Positions 1 to 12,933 of a DNA stretch of 64,000 bases are shown here, piece by piece. A program made the translations under genes and the position numbers. The stretch comes from Calcarisporiella thermophila CBS 279.70 (Eukaryota > Fungi > Calcarisporiellomycota), in the NCBI RefSeq assembly GCF_041956535.1, contig NW_027192218.1:77728-141727 (forward strand), in the 5' to 3' direction. The first letter of the stretch is position 1. Each line of letters begins with the position of its first letter. The notes below the pieces were generated by a model. It was not told where the DNA came from. It made no database searches and saw only the letters and a program-made list of their open reading frames with translations.

Positions 1-434
1 TACCTCGCTCCAGTAGACCAACAGCTACAGAACTACACTACCTTAGACTCATTAATGATGGCTTGAATAATGGGACCAACAAGAAGATCTAGGATCGGTA
101 GAGTGGCCGCGGCTTTGAAGGAGTCGGTGTCTTTTCCCTTTACTACATCTATAGATGCGATAAACCGTAAGAATTTCCTTCCAGTGATTTGTCCGAAGAA
201 GTTTCCCTACTTGTTGCTTGCTGAGAAATCTCCTCGAAAGAGGGGAGATTTTCTGTATTCAAGAGGGTATTAGTGCCTACTTGGCAATTTAATAGGGGAA
301 CCCATTGAGTCTTTTTTACCAGGCGGAGGGCTATCATTGACTTCCCCATCTGGAACAGGAGCAGCATAGACCACTTGGCCAAATAATGCAAAAGGCACCA
401 GGATCGCTAGGAAAAATAAAGCTACGCGCTTCAT
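1..434 (-). CDS. Secreted protein of unknown function, 5' part (runs off window start)
   Basis: Exons 434-320, 252-211 and 148-42 are joined by GT-AG introns and stay in frame: MKRVALFFLAILVPFALFGQVVYA|APVPDGEVNDSPPPENLPSFEEISQQATNVVKGKDTDSFKAAATLPILDLLVGPIIQAIINESK. Clear signal peptide. Confidence 0.6.
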
Positions 435-3240
435 AATGAATCGATTAAACGAGAGGAAAAGGGTTGACTATTATCTTAAAAGGAAAGAATAGAATGAAGG
501 GAAGCAAGAATAAAAGAAGTAAAAAAAAAAAGAAAAAGTTAAAAGAAAGGGGATCGTAAAAAAAATATTGGTAAATTTATTTCGGGCGTAACCGTCCTTA
601 TATTGCAACGAAAAAACAAGATTTTGGAAGCAGAGAAGAAAGCAAAAAGAATTTTGACAGAGCCAAGGTTGTCGTATTACAAACTGCTTAGTTGAGTATA
701 CCGCGGGGTAATTGAAGTTTTATCAGACATATGACTAAGAGTTCTGTATAAATAAGCCGCTCCTTTTCTTATATGTAAACCGCACGTAAGTTCATCTTAT
801 AGAAATCTTAGGAAGCCACAGAATTAAGATTCATTCATCAATCAACATAATCACAAGGAAATAAAGGCTAACTCGGCACTTGGTAACGGCAACGTATTCT
901 TCCTGATGCAGGGCGTAAAGAAGAACACGAGCAAAGAGATATGCTTTAGAGCTCAAACCAAGATGTTAACTTAGTACCTCTTGCGTTTAACAGCTTGCCC
1001 TTGTTCATCTTTCCAAACCCATTAGGTAGATTGTGCAAGAATGCGGGGTAGGAAAAGGGAGTCAACGTTGCAACCCAGAACTATTAGAGACACAAAGTTA
1101 ATTGGTTTTTTTCCCAGACCATTAGAGTTTGAGATATATCATACTTAATTGCAACCTCATCTGTAGACGGTAGCGATTTTACAATCATAAATTTTGCATG
1201 CAGAGTGTGAAATTCACATGTTTAATTTTTGACCCGAGCGCGGCATAATTGAGAGACGTATCTTTGTTCAAGAGCTGGGCAGCTTCGTAAAACGAGTAAA
1301 GAGTAGTAAATCAAGTTCTGTTTCTCAAATTATACCATGCGGTGTGAAAGAATAAGCGGTATGCCCTGGTGGAGAGTACAAGATAATATGCCCCTTCCTT
1401 TAAAGAATACTGTGTTCGTAAAACTAACAGAAAAAGTAAGGCGATTTAATCCCAACTTTTTAGCACTAAGCCACATCTCATCCCAAAGAAATTACCAAAG
1501 ATCGACAGTTCAACCTTATCAGCACGAGCTGTGAAGAGGGTTGGGGTGGACTCTAAAGTAGCATAGCCTTATATTTCCTAAGATAACAGAAATTATTCTG
1601 AAGCAAAATTAGCTTATCGTGGGCCAAAAATTGCCTATTTTTACGACATGGGTCAGTATTCTGATTAATAATAGCATCATGATAGGGCGAACTATTTTTG
1701 CAAAAGACCTTTGTGCACTTAGTTTCGTTGGTTCTAGAAAGCCGGAAGAGATGTATGCAGCTTGAGCGTTAGAAACCGCTTTTGAGTGGAGGCAAACTTG
1801 GCAACACACTAGTCATCAATTGCAACCTCCGTATTGGTGTCAATACACGGATTCTATTGCACGTGATCGATAGCTTGTCCATTAGACGACTGCACTTATG
1901 GCAACGGGAAATAGCAATCCCTAAATATTTCAGAGGGGCTGTGTGGTGTAAATATTTTAAATGTTTGTGGCAAATATTCAAAGCCCTAGGTCTTTAAGTA
2001 AAAATGGCACAGCCATTCGTCACAAGCCGCCTCCCCTCAATACAGAGACGCCCACACATTAGCGTTAGCCACCAGTACTACTATCCTTAGAGGTACTTAG
2101 ACGCAATCCCTTCTCTAACGTGGCTTTGTTAGGAATTAAGAAAAAATATTGTGCCACAAATCGACCAAAATAGATATTCTCACCAAACAAAAAGCTTCAC
2201 CCAATTTCAATAAAGTGTGCACCACTGAAGCTCCTCTATGCTACTGGTATCTTTAGAGACACCAGTACTATTATCCAGTTATAGAATTTTTAATTCCTGT
2301 AGTCAAGCATATCAGCAAAATAGGTTGCCTATGGTCACTTGAAGCGATAACTTGCTTGGTGTGGAAAGCAATAACGCTTACAAGTTTGGAGCTTTTTTTC
2401 TAGAATGCATCCTGCCCTGTCGGTCCTTCGTATACGGGAGGTCTTCCAGTCTTCCAATTCTCACGGCAGTCGACTAGATAGAGATGGGAATTCCCTCTGA
2501 ATTCGTAATTCCGAGTCGGTGAAAAGCGCTCCAAAGATAGACCAGGCCTAACTCGATTTGTTAATGAGTTTATTTTCGTGCTCTCGACTCATGCCTGTTT
2601 AGTCAAATTTCGCAGTTTGGAGACACAGTAGACACCTTTTTCCAGATTCTAATCATGATAATGCCAGTGCATGAGGCGTAGTCGCAACAAGCGAATAAAA
2701 GAACATTTCTTAATTAAGCTGCGGCTCACCGGATTTCGATTTCATAGGCTATAGTGCCGGAGGGGAGAGGCATGATTGGGCGTGGAAAAAATAGAGTTAA
2801 TTAATTCGAGCGAGCCTTACCATTGACAGATGGTCAGTTCAGGTTGATATTCGATTGGAAGAGTACAAGACCCGCGTTTGACCTCTTTTGCATAGAGTCA
2901 TGTAAGGCTTTTCGAAAATTAAAATGAACAACTCCAACTGGTGGGGTCTTGCGCCGCAAGAGATAGCCTCTTTCGGTGTCCAAAGTATCCGAAACACGTT
3001 TATATAAGTAGCAATTTTCTTTCTTTAACGAATGTTTCATATTTTCTCTCACTCTGCATACCCGAGGATTTCAAATCCACTTTCCCTCATCCCTTTTTCT
3101 CCTTTCATCCCTGTCCCCTTCTTCCCTCACTCTTCACCTACTTCCACCTTACCCTTCATCACTATCCTTGCCGGACAAGGCCTCGCTCTCTCTCACACAT
3201 ACACTCCTTCACTTCCTATATTTATTAAATCCCAGTCATC

Positions 3241-4029
3241 ATGCTGTCCAAATTCGTTTTGCTCGCGACGGCCTTTGCCTGTCTGACCTCCTTGTCGGTT
3301 GCCCACATGGAACTCGAGTATCCTGCTCCTCGCCGCAGCCAGTACTCCAATTACTACCGGAGAAAGAACGACGTCGACTACGATAACTTTGCCTTTATCG
3401 GTTTCAAGAAGACCACCTATCCTTGCCGTGGTTACAAGAAGGGCCCTATTCAGGCCACTTTTAAGGCCGGCCAGACAGTTAACACCAAGATAAACGGTGT
3501 CAACCCCCATAAGGGAGGTCATTGCCAGTGGGCTCTTTCTTATGACAACGAGAAGACTTTCGTGGTTATTCATGATGAGATGGACCGTTGCCCCCTGAGC
3601 CGCAACTATAAGGTGCAGATCCCCAAGAACGCCCCCGCTGGCGATGCTGTGTTTGCTTGGACCTGGGTGAATGCTGAAGGAAACCGCGAGTATTACATGA
3701 ACTGCGCTGATGTCCGGATTGAGGGGCCACAGGGTGGTTCGGTTACTGGTCCTGAACTCTTGGTAGTAAACCTCCCCAAGGTCAACAATCTCAAGATTAA
3801 AGAATTCGCAGTCGACAAATCTCACGGAAAGGCTCTCTTCAAGACGCGCAAGACCATCACCGTCACTAACAACGGCAAAATCACTCCACCCACTAATGGC
3901 GGAGAGGACAACAAGGACAAAAACAAGGGCAAAGGCAAAGGCAAGGGCAAGGGCAAAGGCAAGAAGGATAAGAAGAAACCAAACAAAAAGGGCAAGCGGA
4001 ACCATAAGCGCTCTTTCTTTGCCCACTAA
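3241..4029 (+). CDS. AA11-type lytic polysaccharide monooxygenase with Lys-rich C-terminal tail
   Basis: Signal peptide ending SVA|H gives an N-terminal His. Motifs HKGGHCQWALSYD and WTWVNAEGNREYYMNCADV. Intronless; TATATAA at about 3001. Confidence 0.85.
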   Translation: MLSKFVLLATAFACLTSLSVAHMELEYPAPRRSQYSNYYRRKNDVDYDNFAFIGFKKTTYPCRGYKKGPIQATFKAGQTVNTKINGVNPHKGGHCQWALSYDNEKTFVVIHDEMDRCPLSRNYKVQIPKNAPAGDAVFAWTWVNAEGNREYYMNCADVRIEGPQGGSVTGPELLVVNLPKVNNLKIKEFAVDKSHGKALFKTRKTITVTNNGKITPPTNGGEDNKDKNKGKGKGKGKGKGKKDKKKPNKKGKRNHKRSFFAH

Positions 4030-4510
4030 TTCATGAACTATTTCTCTTTTTAATTATTTATCCAAGTGTCCCCCCTTTACCATGTAGTATACGCCTATTA
4101 TTACTTTCTATTTACGACTCTTTTCATATCTAATGGGGACAGCCTACTATTTAGTTGTCATTTTAATTCCCCAATCTATTTCTCATGTGCCTCGCCCTTC
4201 TATTTCTTCTTGTTTCTATTTTAGAAGTAAAGATAAAGGAAGGCTGGCAGACCGGTTTTCCAGCCCTGTCCTCTTTTAGTTGCAAATCATACATCCACCT
4301 TAATTTGACGAGAAATTTATTTTCGACTCCGCAGCTCTAATAAAGCTACACTGCTTCCAGAATATAAGGAGACACAGCACAAACCCGCCGTGAAACTTCC
4401 CGTAGATTTCCTCGATTGCATTTTGGAACTTCAGGATTGATTTTCAGATTTCCTCCTCCTCCCTCTCCCCCTTCCACCTTCACTCTTCTTCATTTTATCC
4501 ACACTAACAC

Positions 4511-6050
4511 ATGGATCATGTATTGATGTGGGATGTTGACAAAGTTGTGCAGTGGATGATATCAAATGGATTTCAGGGATATGAAAGACAGCTCAAAGGT
4601 GAGAGATGGCAAATATACTACCGTCACGCCTCAAGCTAATTAATGATTATGTTTTTGGTGATCGTTAGAGAATGGAATCACCGGCGATGTTCTTATCAAT
4701 CTAGATCACGAGGCACTAAAGGATCTTTCGGTTAGAACAGTTGGTGAACGCACATCTATTCTCAAAGCGATTTATACTCTCAAAGTTTCGCAAAATATAC
4801 CTATTTTTGACGGCGATTATGTGCCTCCATGTAAGTATTTTTTTTTCCGATCCTGATTGTCTTCATCACTCTAAACTGATCAACTTTCTTATGAACTTTT
4901 TACTATAGCCACAGAATTCGAAAATGTATTTCTTAGATTTAATTTCTCGTTTAATTGTTAAAATATGTATCCTAAGGTACTTTCATTTTATAGGAATTTT
5001 GCTATGCAAATGGATTCGTAGACTTGCGCAAAGTGGAGATGGCCATACAGGAGAGAGGTATATGCTGTTTGCTGCTCTTACTTCATATATTGTATATTTA
5101 TCGGTTGGTTTTCCTTCGATAGATACAACCATCCAGCACTTAGTAAAGGAGATAACAAAGCTCTCCTCGGAATTCTCTCGCCTCCGTGAGGATCTGGTGC
5201 CCATTTGGCGGTTAACTAAGGATGGCAAGGTAAATTTCATTTTGCCACTATTTTTTTATGAAAAATATATGAATACAATAAGCTGCTCTAAACATTATTG
5301 TTATGCTCCTATATAGTCCCCCCTACCGTTGGATCCAAAGAAGTCACCTGGCCATCTTCCACCAGTCCAACGTCCCCCACGTCCCCCGGATTTAGTATTG
5401 AATGCTCGATCTCCCCCGGTAATACCCTCCATCAACTCTGCGGGGATAGAGAATACAGATCCTACTTCTCCACATTCACCCGCTGAACAATCTCCTGCTT
5501 GGGCCAGACGGCATTATCCCGAGCCCCTGTCTGCTGGAGAGGTAAAATGCTTCTCGCATCGTCTAGGTTCATGACCAGTAAGTTCTAATATTCACATTAT
5601 TTGGTAAAGCGTGAAGACCCCTCCGATGGCGCTATTCAAGTATATGGAGACAAACCTTTGGCTTCCTCATCCACTTCCTCTTCCACACGTGATCGCGATC
5701 GTGATCGCGAGCCTGAGACCTTCAAGAACTTCCGTATCACCGCCGATGATCCCTGCTACAAAGTTCTGCCCGCTGTTCTCAAGAAATACAAAATCAGCGA
5801 CGATTGGCGACAATATGCTCTTGTGATTGCATATGGGAACAACCAACGTGAGTAAACAATGTCCACGACCTTTTTTTATAGGAAAGATTAAATATTGACT
5901 TATGCTAATTTAATTACAGAACGATGTCTCGGATATGATGAAAAGCCGCTTGTGGTCATTCAAAAGTTAAAGGAGGCGAAAGAAAATCCCGTTTTGATGT
6001 TAAAGGCAATTAAACATGTACAGCAGCCATTGCCAACTAATGTGGAGTAG
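4511..6050 (+). CDS. STE50: MAPK adaptor Ste50 (SAM + RA domains), multi-exon
   Basis: N-terminal SAM (WDVDKVVQWM...ENGITGDVLINLDHEALKDL). C-terminal RA (FKNFRITADDPCYKVLPAVLKKYKISDDWRQYALVIAYG..ERCLGYDEKPL). Confidence 0.9.
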
Positions 6051-6359
6051 TGTTTTTTTTGGTTTGTCAGTCGTTGGTGACTGGCTTTTTTATCTGTATT
6101 TTAGTATTCTGTAGGGCTTTCCACATTTTTTTAAATGAATATTCTCAATACAATTGGAATATTTGCAATAAAAAAAAAAAAGAAAATCATATGGTATTCA
6201 GAATGGATCAATCAAAAACGGAAACTAAAAAAATTACTTCATTAGTCAAAGGATTCATAAATAAAGGGAGGAAAACGCTTGCAAGAAAAAGATTGCAGTT
6301 TTACTGTACAATAACATACGTTGGAATTAATATCAAGGTAATAACAAAAACCACCAATG

Positions 6360-9235
6360 CTAATTGTGTGAACGCCTGCGCGGATTTCTATCTCTCCACT
6401 CTTCTTCTGTGGATCCTCGCCTCGGGCTACGCTCCCTTTCCCAGACGCGAGGGTCACGGCGAGTTGCACCCGGGTGCGTTGGAATGGAAGAGGTATCCCA
6501 TTGCATTCGTGAGTCTCTACTCCTTTCAGCCGACATCACCTTTGGATCTTTTTCGTCTCTGACTCCTCCTTGTGCCACATCTCTTCTTCTCTCACTCACC
6601 TCTTTATTCTTTTCTCCCTGCTGATGGCCAGAAATCTCCTTTGTGGTGTTTAGGGGTGCTGGTTCTTCAACAGTGACTCTATCCCGCAATCCTTTAGATT
6701 GAAAACCACCTTCAGAAGAAACAGCCAGTGCTTGTAGTTCGTCGGGGCGCAGGTTGGAAAGCGTGACAAGCACTTCTCCCGTTTTGTAATCAAAGTTATC
6801 TTTGACTCCAGGGAGGCAGTTTGACCAACCCCATCCCGTCTTCATGTTTTGCGTACGCGGATCACGCCGCATGAGTTCACCTGAATCTGCCGCATACTTA
6901 GTACGTTCAGCTTGAGCTCGTGTTTCCATACGTACAAAGGAAGAATGCCTGACCAGCTGTGAGCATAAAAACATGGATTGAATTAGCGTTATAATACTGG
7001 AAGAGGAAATGAAATGTTGGCAAAAATTATAAGATAGATTTAACTTACGTCAATATTCACAATCCGCCCATATGGCGCAAGGAGCTCCTCCCACCATTCT
7101 TTGGTCGGCTCAAAATTTAGCCTGCCAAAATAGAGAGTTCGCGACAGCACTATATGTAACTATAATGAAGATTGCATTCAAGACTTCATTCAAAATACGA
7201 AACTACCTTTGATAGTCCCCTGTTCTAATTCAGGCGAGTCCTTAAATGTATACTTCTCTTGTGTTCCCAATTCGGTTCTCTTTTCATTACCACCGTCATC
7301 CCACCTTCTCTTTCGTACTTTGAGGGGGCTTCCTTCTCCTCGTACGATTCTTTCTTGTGCTCCTGGTATACCGGCGGACATTGGACCACTGCTTTCGTTA
7401 GATAGCTCACCAGGGATAGCTGCTGAGACACTTTGATTAAACTGTGGCAGCATTATTTGTTGTTGATGGTGCTGGTGTTGATAAGCATGCTGAGGATCCA
7501 TCCTATAATGGGAGGGAGGTGGATGTGCGGGTGGAAATGGAGGAAAATGTGGTGGAGGAGGGCGTCCGGGTGGAAAGAAATGCGGTGGTGCAGGTCGCGG
7601 GAAACCATAGTTTCCCCATTGCATTGGATAATTGGATTGCATAGCAGCTGGATTATCATTGAAAGGCGTTGCCGGTGGTGGTTGACGTGGTGGGTGTGGG
7701 GGGAAGGGAGGCACAAGATAATGCGCATTAGTAGGGACATCAGCAGGCGACGGTCTTCCCACTCCAGGTGGTGGAATCTGGTGCATTAAATGTGAAGAAT
7801 AGTGGGGAACTGGGCCGGACGAAGTACCCGGTACAGGCAGGGAAGTATTAGCAAGAGCTACAGCATTGTCTGTAATATGTCCATTCTGTGGACTGCAAAA
7901 GTAATAATCATTAGTTAAATGATACATATGAATGGTTGCACCGACTCTTACTGTTTAAATGTGCCCATCGTCTCTCCTTTTTTTGTCCCGCCCACATCTT
8001 CATCTTCGTCATCGTAATCAAAATCCACAGGCTTAGATGGATCGAGAGTGTATGCAACAGCTCTATCACCAGGTAGGTGCCTCACAGCGGGAAGATGTGT
8101 CGGTGGCTGTTGCTGAAAACTCTGCTGTGAAGGCTGTGGATAATGCATCGGAAACTGGGGCTGTGAAGTTGGGGTAACCCCTGGTGGTAGGAGGGGCGTA
8201 GAAGCTTGGCTTGCACTAACCGGTGTACTGGTCTGGGGAGAGGAAGTGGGTTTAAGTGTGTTGGAAAGTGCGGCAAGATTCGTGAGCGTAGCAAGAAGCT
8301 TTGCAGCCTGATCTTCGGAATCGGCGGCATTAGTAGCAGGTGGAGTATCTAGTGGGAAAAAAATTTTTTTTCTAGCTCAAACCAAATTGATGTGTGTCAT
8401 AAATGTAGAAATTACACACCATTTTTTTTATCATTAGTCGAAGTAGCCTCGGTAGGTGGCGAATTAGTGATATCCGAGAAATACGCTTTCTTGATAACAG
8501 TTAGGATATCATTGGGATAAATCCCGCCTGTTTGCCATAACTTAATCACTCTTTTTATTTTCTCCTATATATCGAGACAAAACAGAAGAGAAAGAAAGAG
8601 GTAAATGAGGAGAATTCGTGCCATGAAATGAAAAAAGGATGGCATAAAAAGAGGCCGGCATTTAGTTTATTGCATATACTAGTGAACTCTTGGTCTCTTG
8701 GGCTCCTTCGAAATCACCCATGCACATGCAATAGACTCGTTCGCAATAATCATCTTCGATGCCTCTCTCAATCATTTAAAAGAAAAATAAAAACTAACCT
8801 TATCTTTTTCCGAGCACTGCATTACCGAGGCAAATACCCTTCCCTCTTGAAACAGGGTCTGAAACTTCGAGAGATATTCATAGCCTGCTATCTTCTCCAG
8901 GTCATCCTTACCATACTTGTCAAGACGCTGTTTCCTCTCAAAGGCGGCGCGAGATATTGAATCGATGAGATAGATACAAGAAAGCTTATATTCAGGTGGA
9001 ACTCGCTGTATGTGCTTAACAATTGTCTGAGCAATTTTGTCGAAATGCTTGAATATTTCAAGAGAAATGGAGTTAACATCAAAAGCAATTTGTCTATTGT
9101 ATTCTAAGACTTTGCAAATTTTGATACCTTATATTTTGCAATGGCAGACTTGGTCAGAGATCGAATTTTAGAGGCTGATGTGGACGTTAATTCTTTGAGC
9201 TCTCTTTCAAAATCCACTACTTCTGGATCCGTCAT
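6360..9235 (-). CDS. CID + RRM RNA-binding protein, Nrd1/Seb1/SCAF4-8 family, multi-exon
   Basis: N-terminal CID (DFERELKELTSTSASKIRSLTK; LSIFYLIDSISR; EKIKRVIKLWQTGGIYP), Pro/His-rich middle, RRM segment (SFVRMETRAQAERTK...MKTGWG...FDYKTGE), RS/RD-rich tail. Confidence 0.8.
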
Positions 9236-9852
9236 TTTTTGCTCCCTATAAGTGAGGATCGTGAATTTCTATTGAAATTAATAGATGCATAAAGTAATGG
9301 GAGAGTTAAAAGAATTTGCAAGACTGCACAAAAAAAACGGGTATGTCATGCCTGCCCTCAACTTTATATAAAGAAAAAATCAGTTGAGAAAAATTGATAT
9401 AGAATAGCGAGGATGAAAAATGGCTCATGAGTATGTAGTCCTGGATACAGCTCACATGTAATTCATTATATTAGATTATCTTGCGCTCTCTAATAATTGA
9501 CTATGCGGATGACCAATTTTAAACTTGTTTTGGGTTTCGCAACCTCTTTTAATATAATATATATTTCAAAATAAGTTATGGTTTGCAATAAATGGAGTAT
9601 ATCATAACTGGATTTGGCTGTTTTCGTTATGTATTCTTTAACTATTCATTGCTAATGAATTATTTCGTAGTTTTTCTTTGTTTTTATTCATGCCTAATTG
9701 GTTCTTCTATGTGAGCATGAAAAAAAAAAATCAGATAACCTTTAATGAGATTAATTAAGTTAGTTTATACCGTTATATAAGCTGTACTATTTACTCGAAT
9801 AAATAACCTCATTACAACAAGAACATAAATACATTGAAAAGTACACTGCCTT

Positions 9853-10728
9853 TTAGAGGGAAGATCGATGCTTAAGGATTATTACATTTAACTTTTTCCA
9901 TCCTAACTGACCGGGCGCTTTGCGGCGGAATCCCGGCTCTTGGCCGTAACCAATGCGTGCAGCTTCCACCAAGACATTTGCAGTAAATCCGAACACGAAT
10001 CTTTCATTACGTTGGAAATGATGTAGCCTATAAGGGATTTTATACCAAGTAATATCAACGAAAGAGTGATGGTCGCCGTTAAGAATGAAGTCGCTAAAAG
10101 GCAATGTGAATACATCTGCGCTATTATAGAGATGAGCACATTAAGTATCGCGAATAAAACTATCAATATTGAGAAATAGATATCCATTACACTTCGTGAG
10201 GGTTTGGTTTTGGTTTCCACGACTCCACAAGCAGACTTACAACCGGTGTCACGTGAATTTGTTGGCGAGATACAAAAGGCCGGAGATGAGTAAGATATTG
10301 GGCTGCATTTGCGGGAAGCCCGACTTCCTCATATGCTTCTCGATACTAAGAAATGGTAAATGTGGCAAATGTTAGAAGAAGTATTAGACAATGGCTGCAA
10401 AATGTGTCTTACTGCAGTCGCAATTATATCCTTATCTTTCTCCTCCATTTTGCCTGTAAAAGATGTTATTGTTGCAAACTTACGATTTTGATACATTAAA
10501 ACAGAAACATTTACCACCAGGCAGGCATATTTCTCCGGCATTCTTTATGGTATCCGTTCTTTTCGTCAAAAGTATTTCAAAGGTTTCTTTACCATCGGTT
10601 GTTGTTGTGGGTATGAGTAAAATTAGTACAGCTGCTCTCAATGAGTTTTGAAGACGCGTCTCCGCAGGCGGAATATTCGCTTTGAAATTCTTTATTATCT
10701 GTTGATTGGGAATTACTCGTGCTTTCAT
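9853..10728 (-). CDS. Nudix CoA pyrophosphatase (PCD1/NUDT7-like), multi-exon
   Basis: AAVLILL...LLTKRTDTIKNAGEICLPGG|KMEEKDKDIIATA|YREAYEEVGL (CoAse motif plus Nudix box); VFGFTANVL; ends KHRSSL. Confidence 0.85.
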
Positions 10729-10886
10729 CCGTTTAGTGGTCCTACTTGATAGAAAGAGGAATTAATTATCATATGCTCTCCCCCCTTTTTTTGGAGTAAT
10801 AAATGTGACGTGTGCTGCGCCCCACAACTTTGACCTCTCTGTCAAAGTTCAAAGTCAAAACTTATACCTATTATATTATTGTCGAG

Positions 10887-11683
10887 ATGTGGTGGCGATC
10901 TGAATTATTTCGAACGGTTACAAGTCGTACTGCCACCTTACTGCAATTTGCCTGTTTTATCCATCTTTTCAATGAGCATGTCATAGAGCTCACAAATGTT
11001 TGTATCTCCATCCTTCCAAATATATAGATTGCCTACTGGTCGGTTATATATATATCATTGCTAAATCCCAACAAATATATTTTATTTCCAGTGCGTTGGT
11101 CCTTCTATGCTTCCGACCTTCAATATGGTTGGTGACGTTGTTGCACTAGAGCACTTCAGCCATAGATTCCAGCGACTTCAAATTGGTGATGTAGTTGTAG
11201 CAGTTTCTCCTACAAACCCAAAAGTTGCGGTTTGCAAGCGAATCATCGGAATGGTAAGTTTCTATTTTAGTTTTTTTTTATTGTTGTCATATCTAAAGTG
11301 GAACTACGCTCTTATAGTCAGGTGATATCGTATGCGTGGATCCATCCAAGGATCCTCATAAATATGTTACTGTATACATCCTTTTAATGATTAAGTAACC
11401 ACTTTTCTGGCGGCTTATTTTCCAATTTTTTGCAAATAGGTCCCAAGAGGCCATGTCTGGTTACAGGGTGACAATATGAGTAATTCAACTGACTCAAGGG
11501 TATACGGTCCTGTGCCCTATGCTTTAATACGTGGTCGCGTTTTTGCAAGAGTAAATTACTAGAGCTTGACTTCCTCCGAATTTGAAGCGATTCTAATATA
11601 TGTATTTTCTTGTACAGGTATATCCAGAAATGAAATGGATTCGAAATAATCTCACTCCTCTTGATGAGTCGCTGTCCAAGTGA
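10887..11683 (+). CDS. IMP1: Mitochondrial inner membrane protease subunit 1 (S26 peptidase), multi-exon
   Basis: GPSMLPT (catalytic Ser), VCKRIIG (catalytic Lys), [26 protein letters not shown]. Confidence 0.9.
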
Positions 11684-11907
11684 TATATTTCTGCTGTAAT
11701 TTATTCGCAAAAGCATTGCTTAATTGTCTAGATATATACAAATATTTAAAGCCCATGTTAATAAACACTTGTATAAATCAAATGATTTCTCAATTTTCTA
11801 GCATTCTCGACTCGAGCACATGTGTTCTATTCCAGGATAGTGCATATCATAGGGTACATATTCTAGTAAAGTATGCATCCATTAAGCACTGCGCCTCAAA
11901 TCTCGAA

Positions 11908-12669
11908 ATGGATTCTGCAAATTGGGTATGAATCTCCAAGTAAAGCTGTGTCTTTTTGGCTCCATCGAAGTGGATCGCAGTAATGTTCGTAATAATTCTT
12001 ATGGTTTAGTTATTAATTCAAAGTATAAATCCTTCTTTTTCATACTATCTAGGGGACGAAATTCTAGGACCAGATCGTCGAATTCGACCAGATCCTCGAG
12101 ACAAGTTAAGGTACATATTTTCACAGATTTGCAACTTGGACTTATTCTTACTCTCCTCATCAGCAAGCTTCTCCTACAGACAGTGATTCTTCTACCCCTC
12201 ATTCAACAAACTCTCCACCTGTTATTAACTTGATCAAAGCTAACCGCCCATTTAAAAATACAAGCTATGTTGCACCCAAAAAATACAAGAACCTAAAGCA
12301 GATCTTACCCATTGAAAAATCGCAGGACATTCCGGTTGATATGCCAACATGTACGTGTTTGATGTTAATGATTTTTTTCTCATATTTTAATCGTCTACTG
12401 ATGGCCGTAGATTGGAGTATCGAAGCTCCACCGTCTCTCATTCCACAAAAAAAATACTGTGATATCACAGGCCTTGAGGTATTCTATACTAGCTTGTATG
12501 CCCAACCTGCACTACTTATTGACCATTTAATTTGCAGGGAAAATACACGGATCCAAAAACCGGACTGCGCTATTACTCCTCAGAGGTATTTCAGATGGTG
12601 AAGCAACTGCCCCCAGGGTCTATACAAGAATATTTGGGTTTACGGAATGCAGCAGTAGTTTTGCGATAA
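11908..12669 (+). CDS. IES6: INO80 complex subunit Ies6 (YL1_C domain); 5' end uncertain
   Basis: RPFKN...KNLKQIL...YWSIEAPPSLIPQKKYCDITGLE|GKYTDPKTGLRYYSSEVF...EYLGLRNAAVVLR*. The first exon(s) could not be placed unambiguously. Confidence 0.85.
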
Positions 12670-12933
12670 CCATGCACCTATAATCCTGTAACCTCTCCAC
12701 TTTGGCTTTGTAATAATAAAATATTGTTCTCGTTTTTACATAGATGTATATGTTCGATTTATACTGTTAAATGAAAAATTGGAAAGATTTCAGATAGCGA
12801 TATTTTTCGTGGTACTGATTAATTGGCCGACGCGGGATGCTCTTACTCAATACTTCACCATTGCTCCATTTCATAATCTATTATCCTAATAGAATTTTCT
12901 TTCTTTCATTCTTTCCTACATATTGTGAGAAGA

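Noticed and set aside
435-3000. Possible transposon relic in the long intergenic region (also 40.3-42.3 kb)
   Set aside because: No transposase or RT motifs, terminal repeats or target-site duplications were recognisable.
4967-4976. GTATCCT resembling a U12 donor in STE50
   Set aside because: It lies inside an ordinary GT-AG intron and lacks the full GTATCCTT consensus and a U12 branch site. No U12 intron was found in the window.
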